NCBI RefSeq assembly: GCF_009914755.1
Contig: NC_060930.1
From: the human T2T-CHM13v2.0 reference genome, Homo sapiens
Length of the DNA stretch: 64,000 nt
Reading direction: 5' to 3' (one strand)
Positions 27,580 to 41,197 of the stretch are shown here, piece by piece; within the stretch, counting starts at the first letter, position 1, and the number at the start of each line of letters is the position of its first letter. Position numbers and translations under genes: made by a program. The notes under the pieces were generated by a model that searched no databases, was not told the DNA's origin, and saw only the letters and a program-made list of their open reading frames with translations.

Positions 27580-30500
27580 AGGGCACTACATAATGGTAAA
27601 TAGTTCATTTCAACGAGAAGACCTAATTATCCTAAATACATATGCACCCAACACAGGAGCACCCAGATTCATAAAGCAAGTTTCCTAGAGGCCTTCAAAG
27701 AGACTTAGACTCCCACACAATTACAGTTTGAACCTTCAACACTTCACTGACAGTATTAGATAGATTACTGAGGCAGAAAATTAACAAAGATATTCAGAAC
27801 CTGAACTCAACACTGGACCAAATGGATCTGATATCTGGAGAGATCTACAGAACTCTCCACCCCAAAACAACAGAATATACATTATATCATCCACACTCTT
27901 GGACCACAGCACAGTAACAATAGAACTCAATATGAAGAAAATTGTTAAAAACCATACTTTTACATGGAAATTAAATATTCTGCTCCTGGATGACTTTTGG
28001 GTAAACAACATACCAGAATCTCTGGAACACAGCTAAGGCACTATTAGGAGGAAAATTTATAGTACTAAAGGCCCATATTAAAAAGTTAGAAGGTATCAAA
28101 TTAATAATCAAACATCACAACTAAAAACTAGAGAAACAAGAGCAAACCAACCCCGAAGGTAGATGAATACAAGATATAATCAAAATGAGAGCTGAACTGA
28201 AGGAGACTGAGACATAAAACACCACTCAAAAAATCAATGAAACCAGGAGCTGGCTTTTTGAAAAAAATTAATAAGAAAAATAGGCTGCTAGCTAGACTAA
28301 TATAGAAGAAAAGAGAGATTTAAAAAAACAATTAGAATTACCACTGACCTCACAGAAATACAAATAACCAACAGAAACTATTATGAACACCTATATGCAC
28401 ACAAACTACAAAATCTTGAAGAAATGGATAAATTCCTGGACACATACACCCCCTCCCAAGACTGAACAAAGAAGAAATCGAATCCTTGAACGGACCAGTA
28501 ATGAGCTCCGAAATTGAATTCATAATAAATAGCCTACCAACAAAAAGAAGCCCTGGACCAGACAGATTCACAGCCAAATTCTGCCAGATGAACAAAGAAG
28601 AGCTGGCACCATTCCTACTGAAACTATTCCAAAAATAAATAAATAATAATAATGAGGAAGGACTCTTCCCCAACTCGTTCTGTCAGGCCAGCATCATTCT
28701 GATATCAAAACCTGGCAGGGACATAACAACAAAGAAAACTTCAGGCCGATATCCTTGATGAATATAGATGCAAAAATCCTCAAAAAAATATGAGCAAACT
28801 GAATGCAGCAGCACATTAAAAAGCTCATCCACCACAATCAAGTAGACTTTATCCCTGGGACACAAGGTTGGTTCAACAAACACAAACCAATAAATGTGAT
28901 TCATCACATATACAGAATTAAGGACAAAAACCACATGATCACCTCACTAGATGCAGAATAGGCTTTTGGTAAAATTTAACATCCTTTTATGTTAAAAACC
29001 CTCAACAAACTAGGCATTGAAGGAACATAGCACAAAATAATAAGACACACCTATGACAAACCCACAGCAAACATCATACTGAATGGCAAAAGCTGGAAGC
29101 ATTCCCCTTGAAAACTGGCACAAGATGAGGTTGCCCTCTCTCACCACTCTTATTCAACATAGTATTGGAAGTCCTGGCCAGAGCAATCAGACAAGAGAAG
29201 AAATAAAGGGCATCCAAGTAGGATGAAAGGAAATCAAACTATTCCTGTTTGCAGATGACATGGTTCTATATCGAGAAATCCCATCATCTCTGCTCAAAAG
29301 ATCCTACATCTGATAACAACTTAAGTTTCAGCATACAAAATTCATGTACAAAAATTACTAGCATTCCTATACATCAACAACAGCCAAGCTGAGAGCCAAA
29401 TCAGGAAGGCAATCCCATTCACAATAGCCACAAAAAATATAAAATACTTAGGAATACAGCTAACCAGGGAGGTGAAAGGTCTCTACAACGAGAATTATAA
29501 GTCACTGCTCAAAGAAATCAGATAAGACACAAACAAATTGAAAAACATTCTATGCTCATGAGTGGGAAGAATCAATATTGTTGAAATAGCCATACTGCTC
29601 AAAGCAATTTACAGATTCAGTGCTATTACTATCAAACTACCAATGACATTCCTCACAGAACTAGAAAAAACTATTCTAAAATTCATATGGAACCAAAAAA
29701 GAGCCTGAATAGCCAAAGGAATTCTAAGCGAAAACAACAAAGCAGGAGGCATCACACTACCTGACTTCAAACTATACTACAGGGCTATAGTAACCAAAAC
29801 AGCATGGTACTGGTACAAAAAGAGAAACATAGACCAGTGGAACAGAATTTCCCAGAAATAAGTCCATTGATAAAAAAGAAATGGGGAAAGGACTCTCTAT
29901 TCAATAAATGGTGCAGGGATAACTGGCAAGCCATATGCAGAAGATTGAAACTGAACTCCTTCCCTGCACCGTATAGAAAAATCAACTCAAGATGGATTAA
30001 AGACTTAAATGTAAAACCCCAAACTATTAAAAACCCTGGAAGACAACCTAGGCAATACAATTTTGGACATAGAGAACTGGCAAAGATGTCATGATGAAGA
30101 CACAATTTTGCAATTGTCAAAAGCAATTGCAACAAAAGCAAAAATTGACAAATGGAATCAAATTAAACTAAAGAGCTTCTGCAGAGCAAGAGAAGCTATC
30201 AACAGAGTAAACAGACAACCTACAGAATGGGTGAAAATATTTGCAAACAATTCATCTGACTAAGGTCTAATATCAAACATCTGTCAGGAACTTAAATTTA
30301 CAAAAAAATAAACAACCCCATTAAAAAGTGGGCAAAGAACACGAACAGACATTTTCAAAAAAAAGACATACTTGCGGCCAACAAGCATATGAAGAAAAGT
30401 TCAATATCACTAATCATTAGGGAAATGCAAATCAAAACCACAATGAGATACCATCTCACACCAGTCAGAATGGCTATTAATAAAAAGTCAAAAATAACAG

Positions 30501-31661
30501 ATGCTGGCAAGGTTGCAGAGAAAAGGGAATGCTAATACATTGTTGACAGGAGTGTAAATTAGTTCAAACATTGTGAAAAGTAGTGTGGTGATTCCTCAAA
30601 GAGCTAAAAACAGAGCTACCATTTGACCCAGCAATTCCATTACTGGGTATATACCCAAAGGAATATAAATCATTCTGTTGTAAAAAACATGCACACCTAT
30701 GTTCACTGCAGCACTATTCACAATAGCAAAGACATAGAATCAACCTAAATGCCTATCAGTGGTAGACTGGATAAAGAAAACGTGCTGCATATACATCTTG
30801 GAATACTATGTAGCCATAAAGAAGAACAAGATCATGTCCTTTGCAGAAACATGGATGGGGCTAGAGGCCATTATCCCTAGCAAACTGACGCAGGAACAGA
30901 AAACCAAATATTGCACGTTCTCACTTATAAATGGGAGCTAAATGATGAGAATACATGGACACAAAGAGGGAAACAACAAACACTGAGGTCTACTATGAGA
31001 GTGGAGGTGGGGAGGAGGGAGAGGATCAGGAAAAATAGCTATTGGGTACTAGGCTTAATGCCTGAGTGAGGAAATAATCTGTACAACAAACCCCCATGAC
31101 ACAAGCTTACCTGTATAACAAACCTGCATATGTACTCCTGAACCTAAAAGTTAAAAATAAATAAAAATAAAAATAAAAAATTTATGGTAACACACAAATA
31201 TATATATATATTTGAATTATGAATATATATATTCATAATTCGTAGCTGGGGAAACTTTGCAAGCAATTTTTAAAAGTCCATTTCTTTAATAATGAAAATA
31301 ATCCCTTATATTTGCAGCCTGCTTAAGAGTTTTCCAAATACTATTATAAATTATCTTTTATTAATTACCATGAACTTTAGCAAATTCTCTTGAAATAACT
31401 CAGGGCCTACCAGAAACCTTCAAAAGCAAAATCACTTTCAAAAATATATGACAAAATTGTCTTGTGTTGTAAATTTATTTTCTTCGTTAGTTTTAAAATT
31501 TATATTCCCATGAAAGATCTCTCCTCTGGGTAAGGAATAAACTCTATGGCATGATTCTTTCTTTTCCAAGCAGCATAGGAAGGTACGCCTAGGAGATGGG
31601 CTGAATAGTGAGTTTATACCCATCTGTCTTTGCATCTTCTTCATATCAAAAGTAGGAAAAA

Positions 31662-33293
31662 TACTCATGGATTGGAAGAATCAATATCATTAAAATGGCC
31701 ATACTTCCCAAAGCAATTTACAGATTCAATGCTATTCCTATCAAACTATCAACATCTTTCTTCATGGAATTAGAAAGAAAAAAAAAACTCTTTTAAAATT
31801 CACATGGAACCAAAAATAACCCTAAATTAGCCAAAACAATCTTAAGCAAAGAGGACAAAGCCAGAAATATCACACTAGTCAACTTTAAACCACACTATAA
31901 GTCTACAGTAACCAAAACAGCATGGTTCTGGAACAAAAACAGACACATAGACCAATGGAACAGAAAAAAAAAAAAAAAAAAAAAAACCTCAGAAATAAAG
32001 CCACACACCTACAACCATCTTCCACAAGACCAACAAAAACAAACAATGGGTAAAGGACTCCCTGTTCAATAAATGGTGCTAGGATAGCTGGCTAGCCATA
32101 TGCAGAAGAATAAAACTAGACCCCTACTTTTCACTGTGTACAAAACTTAACATGGATTAAAGATTTAAATGCAAGACTTTAAACTATAAAAATCCTAGAA
32201 GTAAACAGAAAATACCCTTTTCAACAAATTGATCTTGGCAAAGAATTTTGACAAATTCCCCACGAGCAATTGCAACAAAAACAAAAATTGACATGTGGAA
32301 CCTAATTAAAAGAAAGAGCTTCTGCACAGCAAAAGAAATTATCAACAGAGTAAACAGACAACCTACAGAATGAGAGAAAAGTGTCACAAGCTATGCACTG
32401 ACAAAGGTCTAATAACCAGAATCTATAAGGAACTTCAACAATGGAACAAGCGAAAAACAATCCCATTAAAAAGTAGGCAAAGGATATGAACAAACACTTC
32501 TTAAAAGAACATACAAGCAGCCAAGAAGCATATGAATAAATGCTCAGTATCACTAATCATCAGAGAAATGCAAATTAGAACTATGATGACATACCATCTC
32601 ACACCAGTCAGAATACCTATTATTAAAAAGCCCCAAAACAACAGATGCTGGTAAGGCTATGGAGAAAAGAGAAAGTTTATACACTGCTGGTGGGAATGTA
32701 AATTAATTCAGCCACAGTAGAAAGTGATTTGGAGATTTCACAAGGAACTTAAAACAGATTTACCATTCAACCTAGAAATCCCATTATTGGGTATATACTC
32801 AAAGGAAAATAGATTATCATATCAAAAAGACAGGTGCACGTGTATGCTCATTGCCATATTATTCACAATATCAAAGACATGGGATTGACCTAGGTGCCCA
32901 TTAAAGGTGGATTGGATAAAGAAAATATGGTACATATACACCACAGAAAGCTACGTGGCCATAACAAAGAATGAAATCGTGTCTTTTGCAGAAACATGGA
33001 TGAAGCTGGAGGCCAGAATACTAAGCAAATTAACATAGGAAGAGAAAACAAAATATATCATGTGTTCTCACTTAAAAAAAGTGGGAGCTTAACATTGGGT
33101 ACTCAGGGACATAAAAATGGGAACAAAAAATACTAGGGATGAATAGATGGGGAGCGAGAGAGGAGGGCATGGGTTGTAAAACTACCTATTGGGTACTATG
33201 CTCACTACCTGGGTGCAATATATCCATGTAACAAATCTGCACATATACTCACTGCATCTAAAATAAAAGTTGATTTTTCTAAAAAAAAAAAAA
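31662..33293 (+). mobile_element. 5'-truncated L1 (L1PA16/17-like)
   Basis: ORF2 3' part, 3'UTR and A tail; TSD aaaagtaggaaaaa (31648-31661) / aaaaataggaaaaa (33289-33302). Confidence 0.9.
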
Positions 33294-33319
33294 TAGGAAA
33301 AAAGAGAGCATGTCGCAAT

Positions 33320-33772
33320 TCTCTGAAGACACCAGGCACATCCCTACCTTGGGATTTTTCCACTTGCTCTTTCTTTAGCCTGAAACATTCTGCCCAGATA
33401 CCATCTGGATCCATCCCTTGCTCCCTTCCTCCAAGTCTTTGCCCAGAGGGCACCATCTCAGCCAGGCCTTCTGGCATAACCCTATTTAGAAGTGCAGCCA
33501 CCAACCTCTCCCCACTACCAAAGTCACTCTCTTTCCTTTTTCCTCCTTTATTTTTCTGCATTGCACTTATTACCATGACTTCTGTTTGTTTGTTTTACTT
33601 AGTTACTTGTTTTTGTCTGTTTTCTCACAGGAGAGTATGCACTCCATGAGAGCAAGGGTTTTTGTCTGCTTTATTCACTGTCGTATTTCCGTTACCTAGA
33701 GTAGTGACCCGTACACAGTAAGTTCTTACTTACTATGTCTTTGTTGAAGGGAAGAATGACGAAATGAATGTG
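33320..33772 (+). mobile_element. L2a 3' end
   Basis: 'ctccatgagagcaagggtttttgtctgctttattcactg...acctagagtagtg...ttgttgaa'. Confidence 0.8.
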
Positions 33773-33925
33773 GGGCCTGGAATTGTCTAGCAATATTTCT
33801 GGATAAGCTATAAAGCAAGATAGTACTCTTAAGGGGAATCTTTGTCTTTGATGCCTGTCCTGCTAATAGCTTGCATTAGAATGTAACAGTTGTCCCAGGG
33901 ATAGCTAAGGAAAAGAAGAGACTGA

Positions 33926-34247
<322 letters not shown>

Positions 34248-34269
34248 GAACAGCATTTATTAAAGTGTA

Positions 34270-34470
34270 TCAGACAGACTCTGGGGAGTCAAAAAGCTCC
34301 ATGTTTGACACTGTCTTGCCATATGACCCTGGGCAGTTGGTCAACATCGCCAAGGCTCAGTTTTCTTACCTGTAAGATGAGAATGAGGGTACCTGCCTCA
34401 CGAGATTGCCATGATTATGCAATGAGATGACATGTGGCACACAGGAAATGCTCAGTAAATGTCGGCCTGC
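34270..34470 (+). mobile_element. MIR
   Basis: 'tgaccctgggcagttgg...ctcagttttcttacctgtaagatgag...ggcacacaggaaatgctcagtaaatg'. Confidence 0.75.
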
Positions 34471-34804
34471 ATTGATATGCAGCAGATATTGAGATAAGCA
34501 TTTAATGTACATAATTATGCTTAATGATCACATCAGTGTTAGGAAGCCTATAAGCTCTTCCCAACATGTATTCTGTGAGTCTCCCAATAAGTCTGGACAA
34601 TGCTATGTAATTCATACCTCCAGTGGAGGTTTATCTTATGCAGTAATGCATCAGGAACGTCTGCAATAAAAAGCCCCGTTTAACTTTAATTGGATTTAAT
34701 CAAGCATTACCCACAAGATGCTTTTCTCTTTTTACACAGCACTTATTATCATTATGTGAAGATGGTGATTTCAGTAAATGCCCTTTAATAGAGACAGAAT
34801 ACAC

Positions 34805-34945
34805 ATTTTTTTTTTCCATTTAACAGATGAGAATGCTGAGGCTCAGATAAGTTCAGTGCTTTACACAAGGTCACAGAGACAACAGTGTAAGTGCAGATAT
34901 GCTAACCCTGGTCAACCTGATTCAGGAGACTAAGCTTACCACCAC
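34805..34945 (-). mobile_element. MIR
   Basis: 'ccatttaacagatgagaatgctgaggctcaga...caaggtcacag'. Confidence 0.75.
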
Positions 34946-37900
34946 CTCACTCCACACAGCCCCCTAGTGTCTAGCTTGATTATGACTACTGCATAGAATG
35001 ATGACCTACAACGCAGCTGCACTTCTAGACTTTTCGAAAATTCAAGACCAACTGGAAAATGAATTTGAGATGAGATTGTATTCAGTGAACCATAAAACCC
35101 CCATATTACATGAACTCTCTGGCTTGACCATGATTTAATGCTAATGATGATTTTCTTCTTTCTGATATTTCTGTTGTAGGCAGGCAAACAAAAGTAAGGC
35201 CATTATCTAAAACATGTATGAAAACAGCAGAATTAGCTTACAAAGAAGAAAACACAGAGAATCAAATTAAAATCAATTAATTAGAAACACATTAGTACAA
35301 ATATGAAATCTGAAGCTATTTTTCTCTTGTCAAAGAGAACATTTGAAAATTTCAATACATTGAGTGAGGAAAGTTGATCTTCAAAAACGTTGTAGGTTTC
35401 AATTGTTAGTTACCCAGGGGTGATCTTAGACAGAAATTCCAGCTAAACAGGCAGCCTTGGTTACAAAGAAACATGGCTTCATGTTTGGAGACAATGCTTA
35501 CTTGGTTTCTGAATCGAATCAGCCCTAAATTCAAATTTTCTAACTATTTAGTCCATTTTTAAAGTCTGAGGCCATGGGATTCACAGATAAACAGAGAGAA
35601 ACTCAGAATTTTGATTGGAAACAAAGGAAAGAAAAAGTGCATAATAAATAGGGAAATCATGTTTGAAGATAAAGAGCCCTTTATTCTCAACTTCCAATAG
35701 AATTTCCAAGTATTTCCAAGTAGGGGTGTACAAAAGGGACGAGACAACCCAGATGAGACGAGATGCCAGAGCAACATCCCAATTGCAAATTGTATTTGGT
35801 GCCAAGACAAATCATCATCTCAATTTAGATAAGTTGGAAACAGTTTATCTCCCTTTTATCTAGCATACTATATGAGACAAATAAGACTGGAAAGGGTGTC
35901 TTAAAAATTGGACCACGTATCGATGTAGCTCAGTTTGTTTTGCAATACTAAGTCAGTGTCCCTTAATAACTACCAAAAGAAGGATTGGTAGAAATACTCA
36001 AACTGTCATTGTCATTTGTCTGAACTATGAGAAGCATACCCAAGTTCTTATCTCAGCCCCAGACTGATCCACATGGGCTTCTCTCGAGACCTTTCATGTT
36101 TACTTCCTTATTTGTTCTGCTGGTTAAGACAGCAGACATGTCAGATCTAAGCAAGGCTTCCTGGGCATGCCTTCGTGCAGTGGTACAATGGCAAAATTAC
36201 TATTCAGGTGATTATCAGTGGCAACATGAACACTGATTTCCAGGAAGAACATAACATTTTCCTCTGTACTATTGGCCAAATCCAGGGAATGGGACACAAG
36301 TGCTTGGAGAGTGATTTGTAACTGTCAATAACAGCAAATTCTCCTAGACTTCCCAACACTCAGATGAGTAGCCCTGGAGTACTGTCAGGAGAAAGGCCTT
36401 CTTTATATTCTTATGGTGTTTTTAAGGGATAATCGCATGCACATTTTTAACATGTTACTCTTTTTAAGATAATTAAAGACTTTGATTTTGCCAGAAATGC
36501 ATTTGAGGCAGGCCTTACGATATCAATCTTAGAGGTTTGGAGGAGTCTGAGTGTCTATGTTTAGTGCAATTTGTACACATTTTGAACAAGGCAGAACTAT
36601 TTATTTTGAGATCTCAATGTTTCCAAGCAACCATGCACTACAAAATATTTTAGAAAAGTCTTTTGGCAATGGCTAATAAGAATTTTCCATATGTGTGAAT
36701 ATGCATAGCGACAATGGGCATAAAAACGCATTTCAACTTCTGCCACTTCTTGGACCTGATCTTACCTTAGAAAGAAGTAACAGAGATTGAGCTGCATGCA
36801 CAGGCTTGTTGCAGATAGTATCTTAAGACAGCCAACTATTTTTTTTCTTTTTTGACATGTGAAGTGATTACACATGATATAAACTGCAAAACCAATGCTG
36901 TAGTTTTTCTCAAGAAGGTATATTTCTAAGTTCATTTTTGTCAAGCAGTTAACCTTCTGGGGAAAGTGCCCTGTAGGCTAAACATTTTCTGCTCTTTCTC
37001 TAAATTCTTTAAACAAATGAAAATGCCTACTTGAGATTGTCTATCAAATTCTTTCATAATCAAAGGGATAGGTGGGGAAAGAGGGCATGAAATGAATCAC
37101 TATTATTTATTAGTATATTTACTTGGTACTTGCAGGTGGCATTTCTAGAACTTGCCTATCTGGCTGACAGAAAAATTGAGTTGGACAATACTGTTTCTCC
37201 ATTATGGGAGTCATGAAACTTGATACTTTGATGTTGGTTGTTAGGGCAACTTCCAGTCAACTGGCAGGACCTACCTTTCGGGGTTAACTTCTGGTTTGTC
37301 TGTACCTCATAGAATTGGTTATATTATAATTTTTTCCCCTATCTGATCATGAACATTTTGAAAACTTTTATTTGCACAGGGATCATCTTTAAGTTGGAAT
37401 CATGTGTTGGCAACATTCTATTTGTTATACTAACCAGAAAACAATTGCTCAGTTATCTATAATTCAAGTTTTATGCCTCGGTAAGTCTTCTGGGGAGCCT
37501 TATAAATAAATACAGTATATCATTAAATGCTGAAATCCTTTCAAAGTTCAGACACTCCCTATTGAGAGCTTGATGTATTTTAACACTCTGTTCATCTAAC
37601 TCCTTGTGTTCTGAGTCTAAACAGATTCTGATTGTCATTTGTCTCCCCAAGTAGGTCTGAAATTCACTAATGATGCCAGCATGAGTATTCTGATTTTATG
37701 ACAGTTCTATTTCTCACTGCAGCATAGTACTTTGGATACATATGAATGATGTTCTTCATTGGTTAGTGTCAGTCTGCCTGGCGATCTCTTTGCATTAACA
37801 AGATCTGGTTTCAGAGTCCACAAAGCTGAAAGCCAGACTGTGGTCCATGGTAGGTAATTTCTCCAAGGCCTTTGTGGGTGGTCAGACCGCTGGTCTTCTC

Positions 37901-39034
37901 CCCAGGGGAAATTCTCAGGCATCACCATGTGGAGACCATTCTAAATTCCTACAATGTTCTTTGTATTTTTGTTGTAAGGAAGTTTAGAAGCTGTATGAGC
38001 AAAAGAATTGTGAAATTGGAGGTGGATGTTGGGGAAATCGAGGGGATAATGGTGTAGGGAGAACACTGGCTTTGAAGGGTGGGAGCACTAAGTCAGGCAA
38101 GGAGAGGGGCTCTATCCCTCTATAGAGAGTCTACAACATTGCTGGCATACCAGTGTGTGGGGAGACGGAAGGCTTCCACAGAAGGGAATGTTTATCCAAT
38201 GATAGCCAAATTTTGGAGGATGAGGAAAATAACAGTTCCATATCTATATTAACTTGAATTTGTCTCTATGTGGTATCATTAGTCACTGCTCCAAACAGAG
38301 TTAATGGGAATGTTATGGCTCAATTTCTGTGAACTAGGAAAGCTTATCAAGGGAGCTGACACTTCCTAGCTACTGATGGAATTTATCTGTGTTAAATGAG
38401 TCCACTCGGGGATGTCACACACATTATAATTTCTGCCCCACCAGGATAACAAAATATTAGAAAATATTCACACAGATTTAGAAGGGAAAAAGAGAAAGCT
38501 TCTAAAATTCAATTTCTTCCTTCCATTCTGCCCTGAACTTCTAGTGCAGAAGACTTAAATGGACACAAATTACACACAGTAATAATCATCAACAGAGCTT
38601 AGTTATATTTTAGACTCCAATAGTTCACAGCATAGTTTTTGAAATACAGGTTGTGATTATGCAGGGATGTCTCTTTTTAAGAAAGAGTAGCATGAAAGGT
38701 CATAAATGATAAATTGGAAATATCATGAAAAGCTGCTGCCTGGGGGGAAAGCTGCCTAAATGGCTTGCAGTCCAAGGAAAACATTCACATATAGTCATGC
38801 AGATGCACAAAGTCATTTTACTATGTTATTTAAATAGCAAATTATCGCTGCCTATGAACACTCGATTGCTGTAGCCAAGGAATAAGGCCATGTCAAGAAC
38901 ACTGTAACTGTGTTATAAAAGACTCTAAAATCCAGAAAACTGGTTATAGAACTAATTATTCCAGTTAAGGATCATCCACTTAGTTCATTGGACTACACTG
39001 TATTTTAATTAAATTATGTTTTCAGTAAGAGAGG

Positions 39035-39509
39035 TGCTATGGTTAGGCTTTGTGTCCCCACCCAAATCTTACCTTCAGTTGTAATCCCCATAATGACTAT
39101 TGGGTGTGAGTACACCCAAATCTTATCTTCAACTGTAATCCCCATAATACCCACACACCCAAATCTTATCTTCAATTGTAATCCCCATAATACCCACGTG
39201 TCAAGGGAGAGATTAGGTGGAGGTAATTGAATCATGGGGGCAGTTTCCTCCATGTTGTTCTCGTGATCGTGAGTGAGTTCTCACAAGATCCGATGGTTTT
39301 ATAATGGTCTCTTCCCACTTCACTCAACACTTCTGCTTCCTGCTACCATGCCAAGAAGGACATGTTTGCTTCCCCTTAGTCTTCCACCACGATTGTAAGT
39401 TTTCTGAGGCCTCCTCAGCCATGCTGAACTGTGAGTCAATTAAACCTCTTCACTTTATAAATTATCCAGTCTTGGGCAGTTGTTCATAGTGTGAAAACAG
39501 ACTGATATA
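39035..39509 (+). mobile_element. THE1D-type (MaLR) solo LTR with triplicated 5' segment
   Basis: Matches recalled THE1 consensus ('gattgtaagttttctgaggcctcc...aactgtgagtcaattaaacctctt'); three copies of cacccaaatctta...gtaatccccataat. Confidence 0.9.
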
Positions 39510-39981
39510 AGGAGTGAAAATCAAATGGTTTACAAATAGTAGCAGCATTAGTTAAAGGAATAGCCAAGAATCCTGATACTTGTCTTTGCTAACCTCTGTA
39601 CTATTTACATTAAGACTTATGGCATTGAAAGCCTAGACAGTTTTAGTCATTTTCCATTGTAATTGTAGGGGTGGGGTGGAAGGATTAGGCAAGAGGACAT
39701 CTCGCTAAAGAATCACACACCCAGTCTTCTTTAAAGCCTGTTGAAGAATTCTTCACTTTAAGTCATCAGTATGTGACTTTCAGATTCAGTTTTTTAAATA
39801 TGCTAAGATAAGACTCTCTGGGGGGGATGTGTGATATAAAGTAACTAAATTAATGGAGGTAGCTAAATCTTACAAATTTTTTAGGGGCTACAAATAGTGA
39901 TTTAATCAATGTTTCTGGACAGGTTTTCTTCCTTCCTCCACCTCACCCCAAGCCTTCATTTCTAGGGTTTTCACAAAAAGT

Positions 39982-39983
<2 letters not shown>

Positions 39984-40021
<38 letters not shown>
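39984..40021 (+). repeat. (GT)n microsatellite
   Basis: About 19 GT units. Confidence 0.97.
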
Positions 40022-40023
<2 letters not shown>

Positions 40024-40161
40024 TAAAATCGACTTGATCAGAGTTAGAAGTTTCCTTAAGAAATGTTCTCCTGATAACTAAGATGCTAAAATATTCTTTG
40101 GTATAAGACATATTGCTAACAATTTCGCTAGGATGCTAAAAAAGATGACTTTTGTGTCTCA

Positions 40162-40730
40162 TTTTCTTTTTTTAAGCTTTTATTTTAGGTTCAGAGGTAC
40201 ATGTGTAGGTTTGTTATATAGGTAAACTCGTGTCATGGAGGTTTGTTGTACAGATTATTTAATCGCCCAGGTATTAAGCCTAGTACACAAAAGTTATTTT
40301 TCCTCATCCTCTCCCCCTCCACCCTCATAGTAGGCCCCAGAATCTGTTGTTCCCCTCTTTGTGTCCATGTGTTATCATTTAGCTCCTACTTATAAGTGAG
40401 AACATGCAGTATTTGGTTTTCTGTTCCTGTGTTAGTTTGCTAAGGATAATGGCCTCTGGTTCCATCCATGTTGCTGCAAAGGACATGATCTTGTTCTTTT
40501 TTATGGCTGCATAGTATTCCATGATGTATATTTACCACATTTTCTTTATCCAGTCTACCATTGATAGGCATTTAGGATGATTCCATGTCTTTGCTATTAT
40601 GAATAGTGCTGCAATGAACATATATGTGCATGTGTCTTTATGATAGAATGATTTATATTCCTTTGGGTATATACCCAGTGATGGGATTGCTGGGTTGAAT
40701 GGTAGTCTGCTTTTAGCTCTTTGAAGAATC
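40162..40730 (-). mobile_element. 5'-truncated L1PA13-15-type 3' end
   Basis: Antisense L1 3'UTR 'ttttaggttcagaggtacatgtgtaggtttgttatataggtaaactc'. Confidence 0.9.
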
Positions 40731-40784
40731 AAGGGAGTTTAAATTAGTGGAAACTTTGTTCTCATTTTTAAGTTCTGCTGACCT

Positions 40785-40975
40785 GGGACTGAATAAAAGC
40801 TCTTCTACTCATAGCTATGTAACCTTGAAGATGTTATTTCCATTCTTTGAATTTTAGTTTCTTCATGTATACAAATGAGGTTGATTCCTAACATCCAGGG
40901 CTGTCATGAGGATTTAATTGGATAAACTACACAAATTCTTTGGTGCCTGGATTATAATAGGTGCTCAGTATTAGT
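40785..40975 (+). mobile_element. MIR
   Basis: 'agctatgtaaccttgaag...agtttcttcatgtatacaaatgagg...taggtgctcagta'. Confidence 0.7.
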
Positions 40976-41197
40976 TTTCCCTAAAATCCATTCAACCTCA
41001 ACTATATATCAGTCTTCCTTGCTACTGTGTTAACAAAGTTTATTCATTATTAATGGATTTAATCAACAAAGGATTGTATGCAAATTGTCTATGATACTGT
41101 TATAACCATTATCAAAGGCAATAAGTGAAATATACTTTAATATTATTTTTCCAGCCAGAGAGTACTTAATTAACCCTTCTTCAAATCCTAATATGCA

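Noticed and set aside
36164-36235. Weak resemblance to the 5' end of U4 snRNA or tRNA-Gly
   Set aside because: Only about 12 matching bases and no continuing structure.
39059-39198. Spaced ~36-bp direct repeats superficially like a CRISPR array
   Set aside because: Eukaryotic LTR-internal duplication; spacers are 18 and 7 nt; no cas genes.
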